Source: Eledone cirrhosa
Taxonomy: Eukaryota
Assembly: GCA_964016885.1 (NCBI GenBank)
Contig: OZ024764.1
Location: forward strand, 27,218,001 to 27,282,000
DNA: 64,000 nucleotides
Reading direction: 5' to 3'
In this document: positions 33,701-48,136 of the stretch, piece by piece
How positions within the stretch are numbered: position 1 is the stretch's first letter
Layout: each line of letters starts with the position of its first letter
The notes under the pieces: model-generated
Told to the model about the DNA's origin: nothing
What the model saw: the letters and a program-made list of their open reading frames with translations, nothing else
Databases searched by the model: none
Program-made: the position numbers and the translations under genes

Positions 33701-36700
33701 AGCGAGATGAAACGAAAGGGAGAGAGAGATGAAACGAGAGAGCGAGAGAGAGATAGAGGGAGATGAAACGACAGAGAGAGAGACAGATGAAACAAGTGAG
33801 GGATAAGAGAGAGATGAAACAAGTGAGGGATTAGAGTGTTGAAACAAGAGAGAGAGAGGAAGAGAGAGTGAGAGCGAGATCAAACGAGAGAGAGAGAGCG
33901 AGATGAAATGAGAGAGTGAGAGCGAGATGAAACGAGAGAGAGAGAGCGAGATGAAATGAGAGAGCGAGAGCGAGATGAAATGAGAGAGAGAGAGCGAGAT
34001 GAAACGAGACAGAGAGAGCGAGATGAAACGAGAGAGAGAGAGAGCGAAATGAAACGAGACAGATTAGAGCGAGATGAAACGAGAGAGAGAGAGCGAGATG
34101 AAATGAGAGAGAGAGAGCGAGATGAAACGAGAGAGTGAGAGCTAGAGGAAACGAGAGAGAGAGGAAACGAGAGTAGAGAGCGAGATGAAACAGGAGAGAG
34201 AGAGCGAGATGAAACAGGAGAGAGAGAGCGAGATGAAACAGGAGAGAGAGAGCGAGATGAAACAGGAGAGAGAGAGCGAGATGAAACGAGAGGGAGAGAG
34301 AGATGAAACGAGAGAGCGAGAGAGAGATAGAGGGAGATGAAACGACAGAGAGAGAGACAGATGAAACGAGGGAGATAGAGATGAAACGAGAGAGAGAGAT
34401 GAAACGAGAGAGAGGAAGAGAGAGATGGAACGAGAGAGAGGAAGAGAGAGCTGGAACGAGAGAGAGGAAGACAGAGATGAAACGAGAGAGAGAGAGAGCG
34501 AGATGAAACGAGAGAGAGGAAGAGAGAGAACGCGAGATGAAACGAGAGAGAGAGAGAGCAAGATGAAACGAGAGAGAGGAAGAGAGAGAGCGCAAGATGA
34601 AACGAGAGAGAGAGAGCGCGAGATGAAAGTCTGTCATGTAATGTTATGGACACATCTGCCCTTGGGGCTAATAATTGTCATGTAATGTTATGGAAATCTC
34701 TGCCCCTGTGGCTAATAATTCTGTCATGTAATGTTATGGACATCTCTGCCCCTGTGGCTAATAATTCTGTCATGTAATGTTATGGACATCTCTGCCCCTG
34801 GGGCTAATAAATCTGTCATGTAATGTTATGGACATCTCTGCCCCTGTGGCTAATAATTCTGACATGTAATGTTATGGACATCTCTGCCCCTGTGGCTAAT
34901 AAATATGACATGTAATGTTATGGACATCTCTGCCCCTGTGGCTAATAAATCTGTCATGTAATGTTATGGACATCTCTGCCCCTGTGGCTAATAATTCTGA
35001 CATGTAATGTTATGGACATCTCTGCCCCTGTGGCTAATAATTCTGAGATAGATGAAACAAGTGAGGGATTAGATAGAGATGAAACAAGTGAGGGATTAGA
35101 GTGTTGAAACAAGAGAGAGAGAGGAAGAGAGAGTGAAAGCGAAATCAAACGAGAGAGAGCGAGATGAAATGAGAGAGTGAGAGCGAGATGAAACGAGAGA
35201 GAGAGAGAGAGAGCGAGATGAAATGAGAGAGAGAGAGCGAGATGAAATGAGAGAGAGAGAGCGAGATGAAACGAGACAGAGAGAGCGGGATGAAACGAGA
35301 CAGAGAGAGCGAGAGCGAGATGAAACGAGACAGAGAGAGCGAGATGAAACGAGAGAGAGAGAGCGAGATGAAATGAGAGAGAGAGAGCGAGATGAAATGA
35401 GAGAGAGAGAGCGAGATGAAACGAGAGAGTGAGAGCGAGATGGAACGAGACAGAGAGAGCGAGATGAAACGAGAGTGGGAGAGCTAGATGAAACGAGAGA
35501 GAGAGGAAACGAGAGAGACGAAACGAGAGAGAGGAAACGAGAGTAGAGAGCGAGATGAAACAGGAGAGAGAGAGCGAGATGAAACAGGAGAGAGAGAGCG
35601 AGATGAAACGAGAGGGAGAGAGAGATGAAACGAGAGAGCGAGAGAGAGATAGAGGGAGATGAAACGACAGAGAGAGATACAGATGAAACGAGGGAGATAG
35701 AGATGAAACGAGAGAGAGAGATGAAACGAGAGAGAGGAAGAGAGAGATGGAACGAGAGAGAGGAAGAGAGAGATGGAACGAGAGAGAGGAAGACAGAGAT
35801 GAAACGAGAGAGAGAGAGAGCAAGATGAAACGAGAGAGAGAGATGTAACGAGAGAGAGGAAGAGAGAGATGGAACGAGAGAGAGGAAGAGAGAGATGGAA
35901 CGAGCGAGAGGAAGACAGAGATGAAACGAGACAGAGAGAGATCGAGATGAAACGAGAGAGAGGAAGAGAGAGAGCGCAAGATGAAACGAGAGAGAGAGAG
36001 AGAGCGAGATGAAACGAGAGAGAGGAAGAGAGAGAGCGCGAGATGAAACGAGAGAGAGGAAGAGAGAGAGCGCGAGATGAAATGAGAGAGAGAGAGCGAG
36101 ATGAAATGAGAGATTGAGAGTGAGATGAAACGAGAGAGTGAGAGAGAGCGAGATGAAATGAGAGAGAGAGAGCGAGATGAAATGAGAGAGAGAGAGCGAG
36201 ATGAAACGAGACAGAGAGAGCGGGATGAAACGAGACAGAGAGATCGAGATGAAATGAGAGAGAGAGAGCGAGATGAAATGAGAGAGAGAGAGCGAGATGA
36301 AACGAGAGAGTGAGAGCGAGATGGAACGAGTCAGAGAGAGCGAGATGAAACGAGAGAGTGAGAGCTAGATGAAACGAGAGAGAGAGGAAACGAGAGAGAG
36401 AGGAAACGAGAGAGAGGAAACGAGAGAGAGGAAACGAGAGTAGAGAGCAAGATGAAACAGGAGAGAGAGAGAGCGAGATGAAACCGGAGAGAGAGAGCGA
36501 GATGAAACGAGTGGGAGGGAGAGATGAAACGAGAGAGCGAGAGAGAGATAGAGGGAGATGAAACGAGAGAGTGATAGCTAGATGAAACGAGAGAGAGAGG
36601 AATAGAGAGATGGAACGAGAGAGAGGACGACAGATATGAAACGAGAGAGAGAGAGCGAGATGAAACGAGAGAGAGGAAGAGAGAGAGCGCGAGATGAAAC

Positions 36701-38566
36701 GAGAGAGAGAGCGAGATGAAACGAGAGAGAGAGAGAGCGAGATGAAACGAGAGAGAGGAAGAGAGAGAGCGCGAGATGAAAGTCTGTCATGTAATGTTAT
36801 GGACATATCTGCCCCTGGGGCTAATAATTGTCATGTAATGTTATGGACATATCTGCCCTTGGGGCTAATAATTGTCATGTAATGTTATGTACATCTCTGC
36901 CCCTGTGGCAAATAATTCTGTCATGTAATGTTATGGACATCTCTGTCCCTGTGGCTAATAATTATGTCATGTAATGTTATGGACATCTCTGCCCCTGTGG
37001 CTAATAATTCTGTCATGTAATCTTATGGACATCTCTGCCCCTGTGGCTAATAAATTCGTCATGTAATGTTATGGACATCTCTGCCCCTGTGGCTAATAAA
37101 TCTGTCATGTAATGTTATGGACATCTCTGCCCCTGTGGCTAATAATTCTGACATGTAATGTTATGGATATCTCTGCCCCTGTGGCTAATAATTCTGAGAG
37201 AGATGAAACAAGTGAGGGATAAGAGAGAGATGAAACAAGTGAGGGATTAGAGTGTTGAAACAAGAGAGAGAGAGGAAGAGAGAGTGAGAGCGAGATCAAA
37301 CGAGAGAGAGAGAGCGAGATGAAATGAGAGAGTGAGACCGAGATGAAACGAGAGAGAGAGAGCGAGATGAAATGAGAGAGAGAGAGCGAGATGAAATGAG
37401 AGAGAGAGAGCGAGATGAAACGAGACAGAGAGAGCGAGATGAAACGAGAGAGAGAGAGAGCGAAATGAAACGAGACAGATTAGAGCGAGATGAAACGAGA
37501 GAGAGAGAGCGAGATGAAACGAGAGAGTGAGAGCTAGAGGAAACGAGAGCTAGAGGAAACGAGAGAGAGAGGAAACGAGAGAGAGGATACGAGAGAGAGG
37601 AAACGAGAGTAGAGAGCGAGATGAAACAGGAGAGAGAGAGCGAGATGAAACAGGAGAGAGAGAGCGAGATGAAACGAGAGGGAGAGAGAGATGAAACGAG
37701 AGAGCGAGAGAGAGATAGAGGGAGATGAAACGACAGAGAGAGAGACAGATGAAACGAGGGAGATAGAGATGAAACGAGAGAGAGAGATGAAACGAGAGAG
37801 AGGAAGAGAGAGATGGAACGAGAGAGAGGAAGAGAGAGATGGAACGAGAGAGAGGAAGACAGAGATGAAACGAGAGAGAGAGAGAGCGAGATGAAACGAG
37901 AGAGAGGAAGAGAGAGAACGCGAGATGAAACGAGAGAGAGAGCAAGATGAAACGAGAGAGAGGAAGAGAGAGAGCGCAAGATGAAACGAGACAGAGAGAG
38001 CGCGAGATGAAAGTCTGTCATGTAATGTTATGGACATATCTGCCCTTGGGGCTAATAATTGTCATGTAATGTTATGGAAATCTCTGCCCCTGTGGCTAAT
38101 AATTCTGTCATGTAATGTTATGGACATCTCTGCCCCTGTGGCTAATAATTCTGTCATGTAATGTTATGAACATCTCTGCCCCTGTGGCTAATAAATCTGT
38201 CATGTAATGTTATGGACATCTCTGCCCCTGTGGCTAATAATTCTGACATGTAATGTTATGGACATCTCTGCCCCTGTGGCTAATAAATATGACATGTAAT
38301 GTTATGGACATCTCTGCCCCTGTGGCTAATAAATCTGTCATGTAATGTTATGGACATCTCTGCCCCTGTGGCTAATAATTCTGACATGTAATGTTATGGA
38401 CATCTCTGCCCCTGTGGCTAATAAATCTGTCATGTAATGTTATGGACATCTCTGCCCCTGTGGCTAATAATTCTGACATGTAATGTTATGGACATCTCTG
38501 CCCCTGTGGCTAATAATTCTGACATGTAATGTTATGGACATCTCTGCCCCTGTGGCTAATAATTCT
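27781..38566 (+). repeat. Composite satellite, purine-rich orientation; right arm of macro-unit 1
   Basis: Same 46-bp/GA grammar. Includes a ~2.1-kb internal duplication (ORFs 29492/31629 and 30705/32818). Confidence 0.97.
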
Positions 38567-41500
38567 GATTTATTAGCCACAGGGGCAGAGATGTCCATAA
38601 CATTACATGAGAGAATTATTAGCCACAGGGGCATAGATTTCCATAACATTACATGTCAGAATTATTAGCCACAGGGGCAGAGATGTCCATAACATTACAT
38701 GTCAGAATTATTAGCCACAGGGGCAGAGATGTCCATAACATTACATGACAGAATTATTAGCCACAGGGGCAGAGATGACCATAACATTACATGACAATTA
38801 TTAGCCACAGGGTCAGATATGTCAATAACATTACATGACAGAGTTTCATCTTGCGCGCTCTCTCTCTCGTTTCATCTCGCTCTCCCTCTCTCTCGTTTCA
38901 TCTCTGTCTTCCTCTCTCTCGTTTCATCTCGCTCTCTCTCTCTCTCGTTTCATCTCTGTCTTCCTCTCTCTCGTTCCATCTCTCACTTCCTCTCTCTCAT
39001 TCCATCTCTCTCTTCCTCTCTCTCGTTTCATCTCTATCTCCCTTCTTTCATCTGTCTCTCTCTCTGTCGTTTCATCTCGCGCTCTCTCTCTCTCTCGTTT
39101 CATCTTGCGCTCTCTCTCTCTCTCGTTTCGTCTTGCTCTCTCTCTCTCTCGTTTCATCCCTGTCTTCCTCTCTCTCGTTCCATCTCTCTCTTCCTCTCTC
39201 TCGTTCCATCTCTCTCATCCTCTCTCTCGTTTCATCTCTATCTCCCTCCTTTCATCTGTCTCTCTCTCTGTCGTTTCATCTCGCGCTCTCTCTCTCTCGT
39301 TTCATCTTGCGCTCTCTCTCTCTCGTTTCATCTCGCTCTCTCTCTCGTTTCATCTCTGTCTTCCTCTCTCTCGTTCCATCTCTCTCTTCCTCTCTCTCGT
39401 TCCATCTCTCTCTTCCTCTCTCTCGTTTCATCTCTATCTCCCTTCTTTCATCTGTCTCGCTCTCTGTAGTTTCATCTCGCGCTCTCTCTCTCTCGTTTCA
39501 TGTCGCGCTCTCTCTCTCTCGTTTCATCTCGCTCTCTCTCTCTCGTTTCATCTCTGTCTTCCTCTCTCTCGTGCCATCTCTCTCTTCCTCTCTCTCGTTC
39601 CATCTCTCTCTTCCTCTCTCTCGTTTCATCTCTATCTCCCTTGTTTCATCTCTCTCTCGCTCTCTCGTTTCATCTCTCTCTCCCTCTCGTTTCATCTCGC
39701 TCTCTCTCTCATGTTTCATCTCGCTCTCTCTCTCTCGTTTCATCTCTGTCTTCCTCTCTCTCGTTCCATCTCTGTCTTCCTCTCTCTCGTTCCATCTCTC
39801 TCTTCCTCTCCCTCGTTTCATCTCTCTCTCGCTCTCTCGTTTCATCTCTCTCTCCCTCTCATTTCATCTCGCTCTCTCTCTCCTGTTTCATCTCGCTCTC
39901 TACTCTCGTTTCCTCTCTCTCTCTCGTTTCATCTCTCTCTCCCTCCCGTTTCATCTCGCTCTCTCTCTCTCATTTCATCTCGCTCTCGCTCTCTCGTTTC
40001 ATCTCGCTCTCCCTCTCTCGTTTCATCCCGCTCTCACTCTCTCATTTCTTCTCGCTCTCTCTCTCTTGTTTCAACACTCTAATCCCTCACTTGTTTACTA
40101 TCTCTCAGAATTATTAGCCACAGGGACAGAGATGACCATAACATTACATGTCAGAATTATTAGCCACAAGGGCAGAGATGTCCATAACATTACATGACAG
40201 AATTATTAGCCACAGGGGCAGAGATGACCATAACATTACATGAAAATTATTAGCCACAGGGGCAGATATGTCAATAACATTACATGACAGAGTTTCATCT
40301 CGCGCTCTCTCTCTCTCGTTTCATCTTGCGCTCTCTCTCTCTCTCGTTTCATCTTGCTCTCTCTCTCGTTTCATCTCTGTCTTCCTCTCTCTCGTTCCAT
40401 CTCTCTCTTCCTCTCCCTCGTTCCATCTCTCTCATCCTCTCTCTCGTTTCATCTCTATCTCCCTCCTTTCATCTGTCTCTCTCTCTGTCGTTTCATCTCG
40501 CGCTCTCTCTCTCTCGTTTCATCTCGCGCTCTCTCTGTCTCGTTTCATCTCGCTCTCTCTCGTTTCATCTCTGTCTTCCTCTCTCTCGTTCCATCTCTCT
40601 CTTCCTCTCTCTCGTTCCATCTCTCTCTTCCTCTCTCTCGTTTCATCTCTATCTCCCTCGTTTCATCTCTCTCTCGCTCTCTCGTTTCATCTCTCTCTCC
40701 CGCTCGTTTCTTGTCGCTCTCTCTCTCCTGTTTCATCTCGCTCTCTACTCTCGTTTCCTCTCTCTCATTTCCTCTCTCTCTCGTTTAATCTCTGTCTCGT
40801 TTCATCTCGCTCTCTCTCTTTCTCGTTTGATCTCGCTCTCACTCTCTCGTTTCATCTCGCTTCTCTCACTCTCTTGTTTCATCTCGCTCTCTCTCTCTCT
40901 TCCTCTCTCTCTCTTGTTTCAACACTCTAATCCCTCACTTGTTCTATCTCTCTCTAATCCCTCACTTGGTTCATCTCTCTCAGAATTATTAGCCACAGGG
41001 GCAGAGATGTCCATAACATTGCATGTCAGAATTATTAGCCACAGGGAAGAGATGTCCATAACATTACGTCAGAATTATTAGCCACAGGGGCAGAGATGTC
41101 CATAACATTACATGTCAGAATTATTAGCCACAGGGGCAGAGATGTCCATAACATTACATGACAGAATTATTAGCCACAGGGGCAGAGATGTCCATAACAT
41201 TACATGTCAGAATTATTAGCCATAGGGGCAGAGATGTCCATAACATTACATGACAATTATTAGCCCCAAGGGCAGATATGTCGATAACATTACATGAGAG
41301 AGTTTCATCTCGCGCTCTCTCTCTTCCTCTCTCTCGTTTCATCTCTGTCTTCCTCTCTCTCGTTCCATCTCCCTCTTCCTCTCTCTCGTTCCATCTCTCT
41401 CTCCCTCCTTTCATCTGTCTCTCTCTCTGTCGTTTCATCTCGCGCTCTCTCTCTCTCGTTTCATCTTGCGCTCTCTCTCTCTCGTTTCATCTCGCTCTCT

Positions 41501-44027
41501 CTCTCTCTCGTTTCATCTCTGTCTTCCTCTCTCTCGTTCCATCTCTCTCTTCCTCTCTCTCGTTTCATCTCTATCTCCCTCGTTTCATCTCTCTCTCGCT
41601 CTCTCGTTTCATCTCTCTCTCCCTCTCGTTTCATCTCGCTCTCTACTCTCGTTTCCTCTCTGTCTCGTTCCATCCCGCTCTCTCTCTCTCTCATTACATC
41701 TCGCTCTCTCTGTCTCGTTTCATCTCGCTCTCACTCTCTCGTTTCAACACTCTAATCCCTCACTTGTTTTATCTCTCTCTAATCCCCCACTTGTTTCATC
41801 TCTCTCAGAATTATTAGCCACAGGGGGAGAGATGTCCATAACATTACATGTAAGAATTATTAGCCACAGGGGCAGAGATGTCCATAACATTACATGACAG
41901 AATTATTAGCCACAGGGCCAGTGATGTCCATAACATTACATGACAATTATTAGCCCGAAGGGCAGATATGTCCATAACATTACATGTCAGAGTTATTAGC
42001 CACAGGGGCAGAGATGTCCATAACATTACATGTCAGAATTATTAGCCACAGGGGCAGAGAGGTCCATAACATTACATGACAGAGTTTCATCTCGCTCTCT
42101 CTCTCTCTCGTTTCATCAGTGTCTTCCTCTCTCTCGTTCCATCTCTCTCTTGCTCTCTCTCGTTCCATCTCTATCTTCATCTCTCTCGTTTCATCTCTAT
42201 CTCCCTCCTTTCATCTGTCTCTCTCTCTGTCGTTTCATCTCGCGCTCTCTCTCTCTCGTTTCATCTCGCGCTCTCTCTCTCTTTCTCTCTCTCGTTTCAT
42301 CTCTATCTCCCTCGTTTCATCTGTCTCTCGCTCTCTCGTTTCATCTCTCTCTCCCTCTCGTTTCATCTCGCTCTCTACTCTCGTTTCCTCTCTCTCGCGT
42401 TCCATCCCGCTCTCTCTCTCTCTCATTACATCTCGCTCTCTCTGTCTCGTTTCATCTCGCTCTCTCTCTCTCTCGTTTCATCTCGCTCTCACTCTCTCGT
42501 TTCATCTCGCTTCTCTCACTCTCGTGTTTCATCTCGCTCTCCCTGTCTCATTTCATCTCGCTCTCTCTCTCTCTTCCTCTCTCTCTCTTGTTTCAACACT
42601 CTAATCCCTCACTTGTTTTATCTCTCTCTAATCCCTCACTTGTTTCATCTCTCTCAGAATTATTAGCCACAGGGGCAGAGATGTCCATAACATTACATGT
42701 CAGAATTATTAGCCACAGGGCAGAGATGTCCATAACATTACATGTCAGAATTATTAGCCACAGGGGCAGAGATGTCCATAACATTACATGACAGAATTAT
42801 TAGCCACAGGGGCAGAGATGTCCATAACATTACATGTCAGAATTATTAGACACAGGGCAGAGATGTCCATAACATTACATGTCAGAATTATTAGCCACAG
42901 GGGCAGAGATGTCCATAACATTACATGTCAGAATTATTAGCCACAGGGGCCGAGATGTCCATAACATTACATGAAAGAATTATTAGCCACAGGGGCAGAG
43001 ATGTCCATAACATTACATGACAGAATTATTAGCCACAGGGGCAGAGATGTCCATAACATTACATGACAATTATTAGCCCCAAGGGCAGATATGTCCATAA
43101 CATTACATGACAGAGTTTCATCTGGCGCTCTCTCTCTTCCTCTCTCTCGTTTCATCTCTGTCTTCCTCTCTCTCGTTCCATCTCTCTCTTCCTCTCGCTC
43201 GTTCCATCTCTCTCTTCCTCTCTCTCGTTTCATCTCTATCTCCCTCCTTTCATCTGTCTCTCTCTCTGTCGTTTCATCTCGCGCTCTCTCTCTCTCGTTT
43301 CATCTCGCGCTCTCTCTCTCTCGTTTCATCTCTCTCTCTCTCTCGTTTCATCTCTGTCTTCCTCTCTCTCGTTCCATCTCTCTCTTCCTCTCTCTCGTTT
43401 CATCTCTATCTCCCTCGTTTCATCTCTCTCTCCCTCTCGTTTCATCTCGCTCTCTCTCTCCTGTTTCATCTCGCTCTCTACTCTCGTTTCCTCACTCTCG
43501 TTTCCTCTCTCTCTCGTTTCCTCTCTGTCTCGTTCCATCCCGCTCTCTCTCTCTCTCATTACATCTCGCTCTCTCTGTCTCGTTTCATCTCGCTCTCTCT
43601 CTCTCTCGTTTCATCTCGCTCTCACTCTCTCGTTTCATCTCGCTTCTCTCACTCTCGCGTTTCATCTCGCTCTCCCTGTCTCATTTCATCTCGCTCTCTC
43701 TCTCTCTTCCTCTCTCTCTCTTGTTTCAACACTCTAATCCCTCACTTGTTTTATCTCTCTCTAATCCCCCACGTGTTTCATCTCTCTCAGAATTATTAGC
43801 CACAGGGGCAGAGATGTCCATAACATTACATGTCAGAATTATTAGCCACAGGGCAGAGATGTCCATAACATTACATGTCAGAATTATTAACCACAGGGGC
43901 AGAGATGTCCATAACATAACATGACAGAATTATTAGCCACAGGGGCAGAGATGTCCATAACATTACATGACAGAATTATTAGCCACAGGGGCAGATATGT
44001 CCATAACATTACATGACAGAGTTTCAT
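38567..44027 (-). repeat. Composite satellite, inverted; left arm of macro-unit 2
   Basis: Homologous to 6981-16350 but 3909 bp shorter overall. Confidence 0.97.
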
Positions 44028-44068
44028 CTGGTTGGAGTAATAACAGTCTTGTTTATGTATATACACAC

Positions 44069-44100
<32 letters not shown>

Positions 44101-44204
44101 GTTTGTTCTTGTATTTCTATAGAAAAGGTAAAGAAAAGAAGAATGCTCTATGTATTGTACAGAGCTATTTAATTACATAATAAACAACAGAATATAATTA
44201 TTCC

Positions 44205-44642
44205 ATGCAAATAGACTTAGAATGGAAAACATTCAGACAGAGAAGAATGGATAATGAGCGTCGTAAGAGAAATTGGCCAACAATTAATATTAATGGAAAT
44301 CTAGAAGAATTTCATATTAGTGATATGAATGTTTCGTGTGATCACTGTGAAGCTTTGAAATTTAGAAATGAAAATTGTAACTGTTGTAATAAAGGAAAGG
44401 TTGTGTTGCCTCCATTGCAAATATACCCCGAGAGACTGAGAAATCTCTTTGAAAGAGGCCAGGAAGCAGTTGATTTCACAGAAACGTCTGCAATTAAAAC
44501 TACATTTATTTCACTTCATTTGGTGTTACCACCCGGCAGAGGCCCGTATAGCTTTCATATTCAGGGTCAAACATATCACTACACCCCCATCTCTGTAACC
44601 TGCAGAAAATACACCACAATATGGCCAGTTATATATTATTGA
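44205..44642 (+). pseudogene. Helitron RepHel N-terminal zinc-finger region, copy 2
   Basis: Translation identical to ORF 16528-16965. Confidence 0.85.
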
Positions 44643-44688
44643 TGGGAACGAAGGTGTGTAGCACAGATTGGAAGTACGACCAAATAAT

Positions 44689-44857
44689 TGTTTCTGGCAC
44701 AAGGCCAGCAATTACTGGTACTTTATTCTATCGACCTCATAAGGATGAAAACAAAGTCAACCTTGGAGGGATTTGAACCCAGAACGTAAAGGGCCATAAC
44801 CCTATGCTGCAAAGCATGGTGTCTGACGCTCTACCGATACTGCCAATCCACCGCCCT
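44689..44857 (-). mobile_element. tRNA-derived SINE in Helitron copy 2
   Basis: Copy of 17012-17180. Confidence 0.8.
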
Positions 44858-46157
44858 AGTACCAACAAATAATGAGTGCTCACCACAAAAAATGGCTATG
44901 ATAAGAGAGGTGTTGCGTGATGTAATCCATATGTCGAAGTGTACAATACAATGCATGGCATCAAACAGCAAAGTGCAAGAAGAGAAAATTGTTGTGTACA
45001 GAACTGTAAATTAAGATTTAGAAGAGGATCAGATATGAGCTGCTCTAATTTACCAACTAGTAATGATAGCTGTTGTTTTGTGGGGGATTGAGGGCAGACC
45101 ACCTGTACAAAGAGATATTATCATCTTTCCTAAAGACCATCCTCCTCAGAATATATCACATAATTCATGCCACTTGGACCTCATGACCAACCCATAATGG
45201 TGAATTTTGGTGGCATAGTGACATGGAGAGGAATGCAGGACCTGTGTTTGCAATAGACTGACAATGCAGGAGTATTACATATACAGTATAGCATATAGAG
45301 GAGGATTTAGTGCGATATATAGGGCAGGTAAATTATTTTAGCAGTATTTAGTGGAAGCCTATATGAAAGTAGGGGGATGCAGGCTTCAATATTTGAGGAA
45401 CAATCAAGCCCAATTGTGAGTGGATGAGTATAATGGTTTAATGAATTATCTAAACAGATGATAACACTGAGCCTTAAGAAATGAAGACAAGATAAGAAAC
45501 AGAGAAGACATTGACAGAATCGTGTCAGCAGAAATACCTGCATTGGAAGATGATCAAGTACTACATGAGCAGGTTTAAAAGTTTATGATACACGGGCCAT
45601 GTGGTTCTGGAAACCCTTTTCCCCCATTTATACAAAATGGATTTTTCCAAAAGAACTATCCAAAAACCTACAGAAGGGAAACATTATTGAACCTAAATGG
45701 ATACCCAGAGTACAGGAGGTGCAAGACAGGAACTGCAGTGTAAATTGGATGACATTCAGTAGATAACAGGAATGTTGTGCCATTTAATGCCTTTTTGCTT
45801 AAGAAATATTGTGCATATATTAATGTTGAAGTTTGCGCTTCTGTAAAAAGTGTCAAGTACCTCTTTAAATATGTTACATGGGGCATGATTGTACATCTAT
45901 AGAAGTAACGAATAATGCATTACCTAATGAGGCTCAGAACCAACACAACCATGATGAAATAAGAACCTATCTTTGTTGCAGGTATGTGTCTCAGCCAGAA
46001 GCAGTGTCGTGTCTGTCCGAATTTAAGCTTCATGGTACATCACATACATTATACAGCCTAGCCACACACCTGGAGAACAAACAGAGTTTACTTTCAAAGA
46101 GGCAATGCTCAGGTTGTGGTAGAAATGCAGGGACCCTTGCTGCCTGGTTCAAGCTAA
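44858..46157 (+). pseudogene. Helitron Rep remnants, copy 2
   Basis: Copy of 17181-18480. Confidence 0.9.
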
Positions 46158-46559
46158 ATGAACTTGCTTACACCTTCTGGGATGCCGCCTCACAAACTCC
46201 AATTAAAAGCAGGATCAATAATAATGCTTCTATGGAATATTTCAATCCAGAACAGATTATGTAATGGCACAAGATTAGAAGTAGTAGAACTGCATAAACA
46301 TTTTATCAAAGCTTCTCATATCTATGGTCCTTTGATGGGCAGGTGTGTTTTGATCCCAAGACTGAAGTTAGCCCCCAGTGGTGCCAACATCCTTTTTACT
46401 TTGGAAAGACCCCAGTTTCCATTAAGACTGTCATATGCCATGACAATCAACAAGAACCATGGTCAAATACATGATAAAGTGGGTCTGTTCCTCCCTGAGC
46501 AAGTATTTAACCCTGGACAATTGTATGTTGCTTTTTCAAGAGTTCACAGACAGATGTAA
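46158..46559 (+). pseudogene. PIF1-family helicase C-terminal fragment, copy 2
   Basis: LCNGTRL, QFPLRLSYAMTINK and GQLYVAFSRV motifs. Confidence 0.92.
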
Positions 46560-47131
46560 AAATTAATCCTAGCAAACCCCCACCACTCCTACAACTGTTA
46601 GCTGTTAGCCCACCCCCAGCATCACCCAACCTCCGTTCTAGTCCCACCGTTAGAACCAATGCTGCTTACCCTGCCTCTTTTACTAGTTCACTCCGTCGCT
46701 CGAATTTCAAAGCTGGCCCTCTACACTTGGTCGTTGCCAGCTCACCACCTGGTTGTGCTCTCTGTGTCCGCACTAGCCGGTACCTAAACACAATAAAATG
46801 TCACCTGTGCTACCAAAACTACCACAGGAACTCTGTCGGCATCAGCAAGGCTCAAGCCGAAAGGCTTCAATACTAGACCTGTAATCAGGGCCACTTTACC
46901 TCCGACGACCAGCTTTCTACCGAGTGTGTGTTGATGGAGGGGACATGAGACCAGCAAAGTCCTAGGAGTAGAGACTAGTAAATAATAAACGGTCCTAGCT
47001 ATGTTAAGAATATATATAATAAAAATGTTCTATACATTTAAGAAGACAAGAGAAATAAATATTTACCTCTTTCATGTAGGTAATATAGCGGTGTTATAAA
47101 AGTATAATAACTGATGCGGGTAGTTTGTTTC

Positions 47132-47774
47132 AAACTATAACACATATAACTCTATCAGTGAAGCCCTTTAGTATAGGTCAACTGGGAAACTATAACACAT
47201 ATAACCCTATCAGTGAAGTCCTTTAGTATAGGTCAACTGGGAAACTATAACACATATAACCCTATCAGTGAAGTCCTTTAGTATAGGTCAACTGGGAAAC
47301 TATAACACATATAACCCTATCAGTGAAGTCCTTTAGTATAGGTCAACTGGGAAACTATAACACATATAACCCTATCAGTGAAGTCCTTTAGTATAGGTCA
47401 ACTGGGAAACTATAACACATATAACCCTATCAGTGAAGCCCTCTGGGAAACTATAACACATATAACTCTATCAGTGAAGCCCTTTAGTATAGGTCAACTG
47501 GGAAACTATAACACATATAACCCTATCAGTGAAGTCCTTTAGTATAGGTCAACTGGGAAACTATAACACATATAACCCTATCAGTGAAGTCCTTTAGTAT
47601 AGGTCAACTGGGAAATTATAACACATATAACCCTATCAGTGAAGTCCTTTAGTATAGGTCAACTGGGAAACTATAACACATATAACCCTATCAGTGAAGT
47701 CCTTTAGTATAGGTCAACTGGGAAACTATAACACATATAACCCTATCAGTGAAGTCCTTTAGTATAGGTCAACT
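47132..47774 (+). repeat. 55-bp minisatellite, copy 2
   Basis: Same 12-unit structure as 19453-20095. Confidence 0.97.
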
Positions 47775-47929
47775 AACAGAAGTATTACGGGTATGGAAAA
47801 AATTCTAAATAAGCCTACAACAGTCATTGCGGGCCACTCTGACTGGTCAGGTGGGCTCGATTGTGGCCCGCGGGCCGCCTGTTGTACGCCCCTCCTTTAG
47901 ACAGAATATCTATCACTGTTAAGTAATAC

Positions 47930-48136
47930 TGTGATCTGTCGGCTAACTACATTTTCCAGCCTGTGGCGTTTGGGGGAGTCGGGATACTGACTGCGAGATT
48001 CCTATCTTCACTGGCGGCTAGCCTGACGAAGGTGACTGGTGAAGCTCGTGAGGGCACTTGGTTGTTCCAGCTCCTCAGCCTCGCCATCGCCCGAGGTAAC
48101 GCTGCAGACGTGCTGGCTTGCCTAAAAAATCATTAG
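47930..48136 (+). pseudogene. CRE-like endonuclease fragment, copy 2
   Basis: Copy of 20251-20457. Confidence 0.75.

Larger units (their letters stand above)
44028..46978 (+). mobile_element. Degenerate Helitron, copy 2
   Basis: Same motifs (ORFs 44205, 45878, 46158) and CTAG|T at 46975-46979. Confidence 0.88.
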
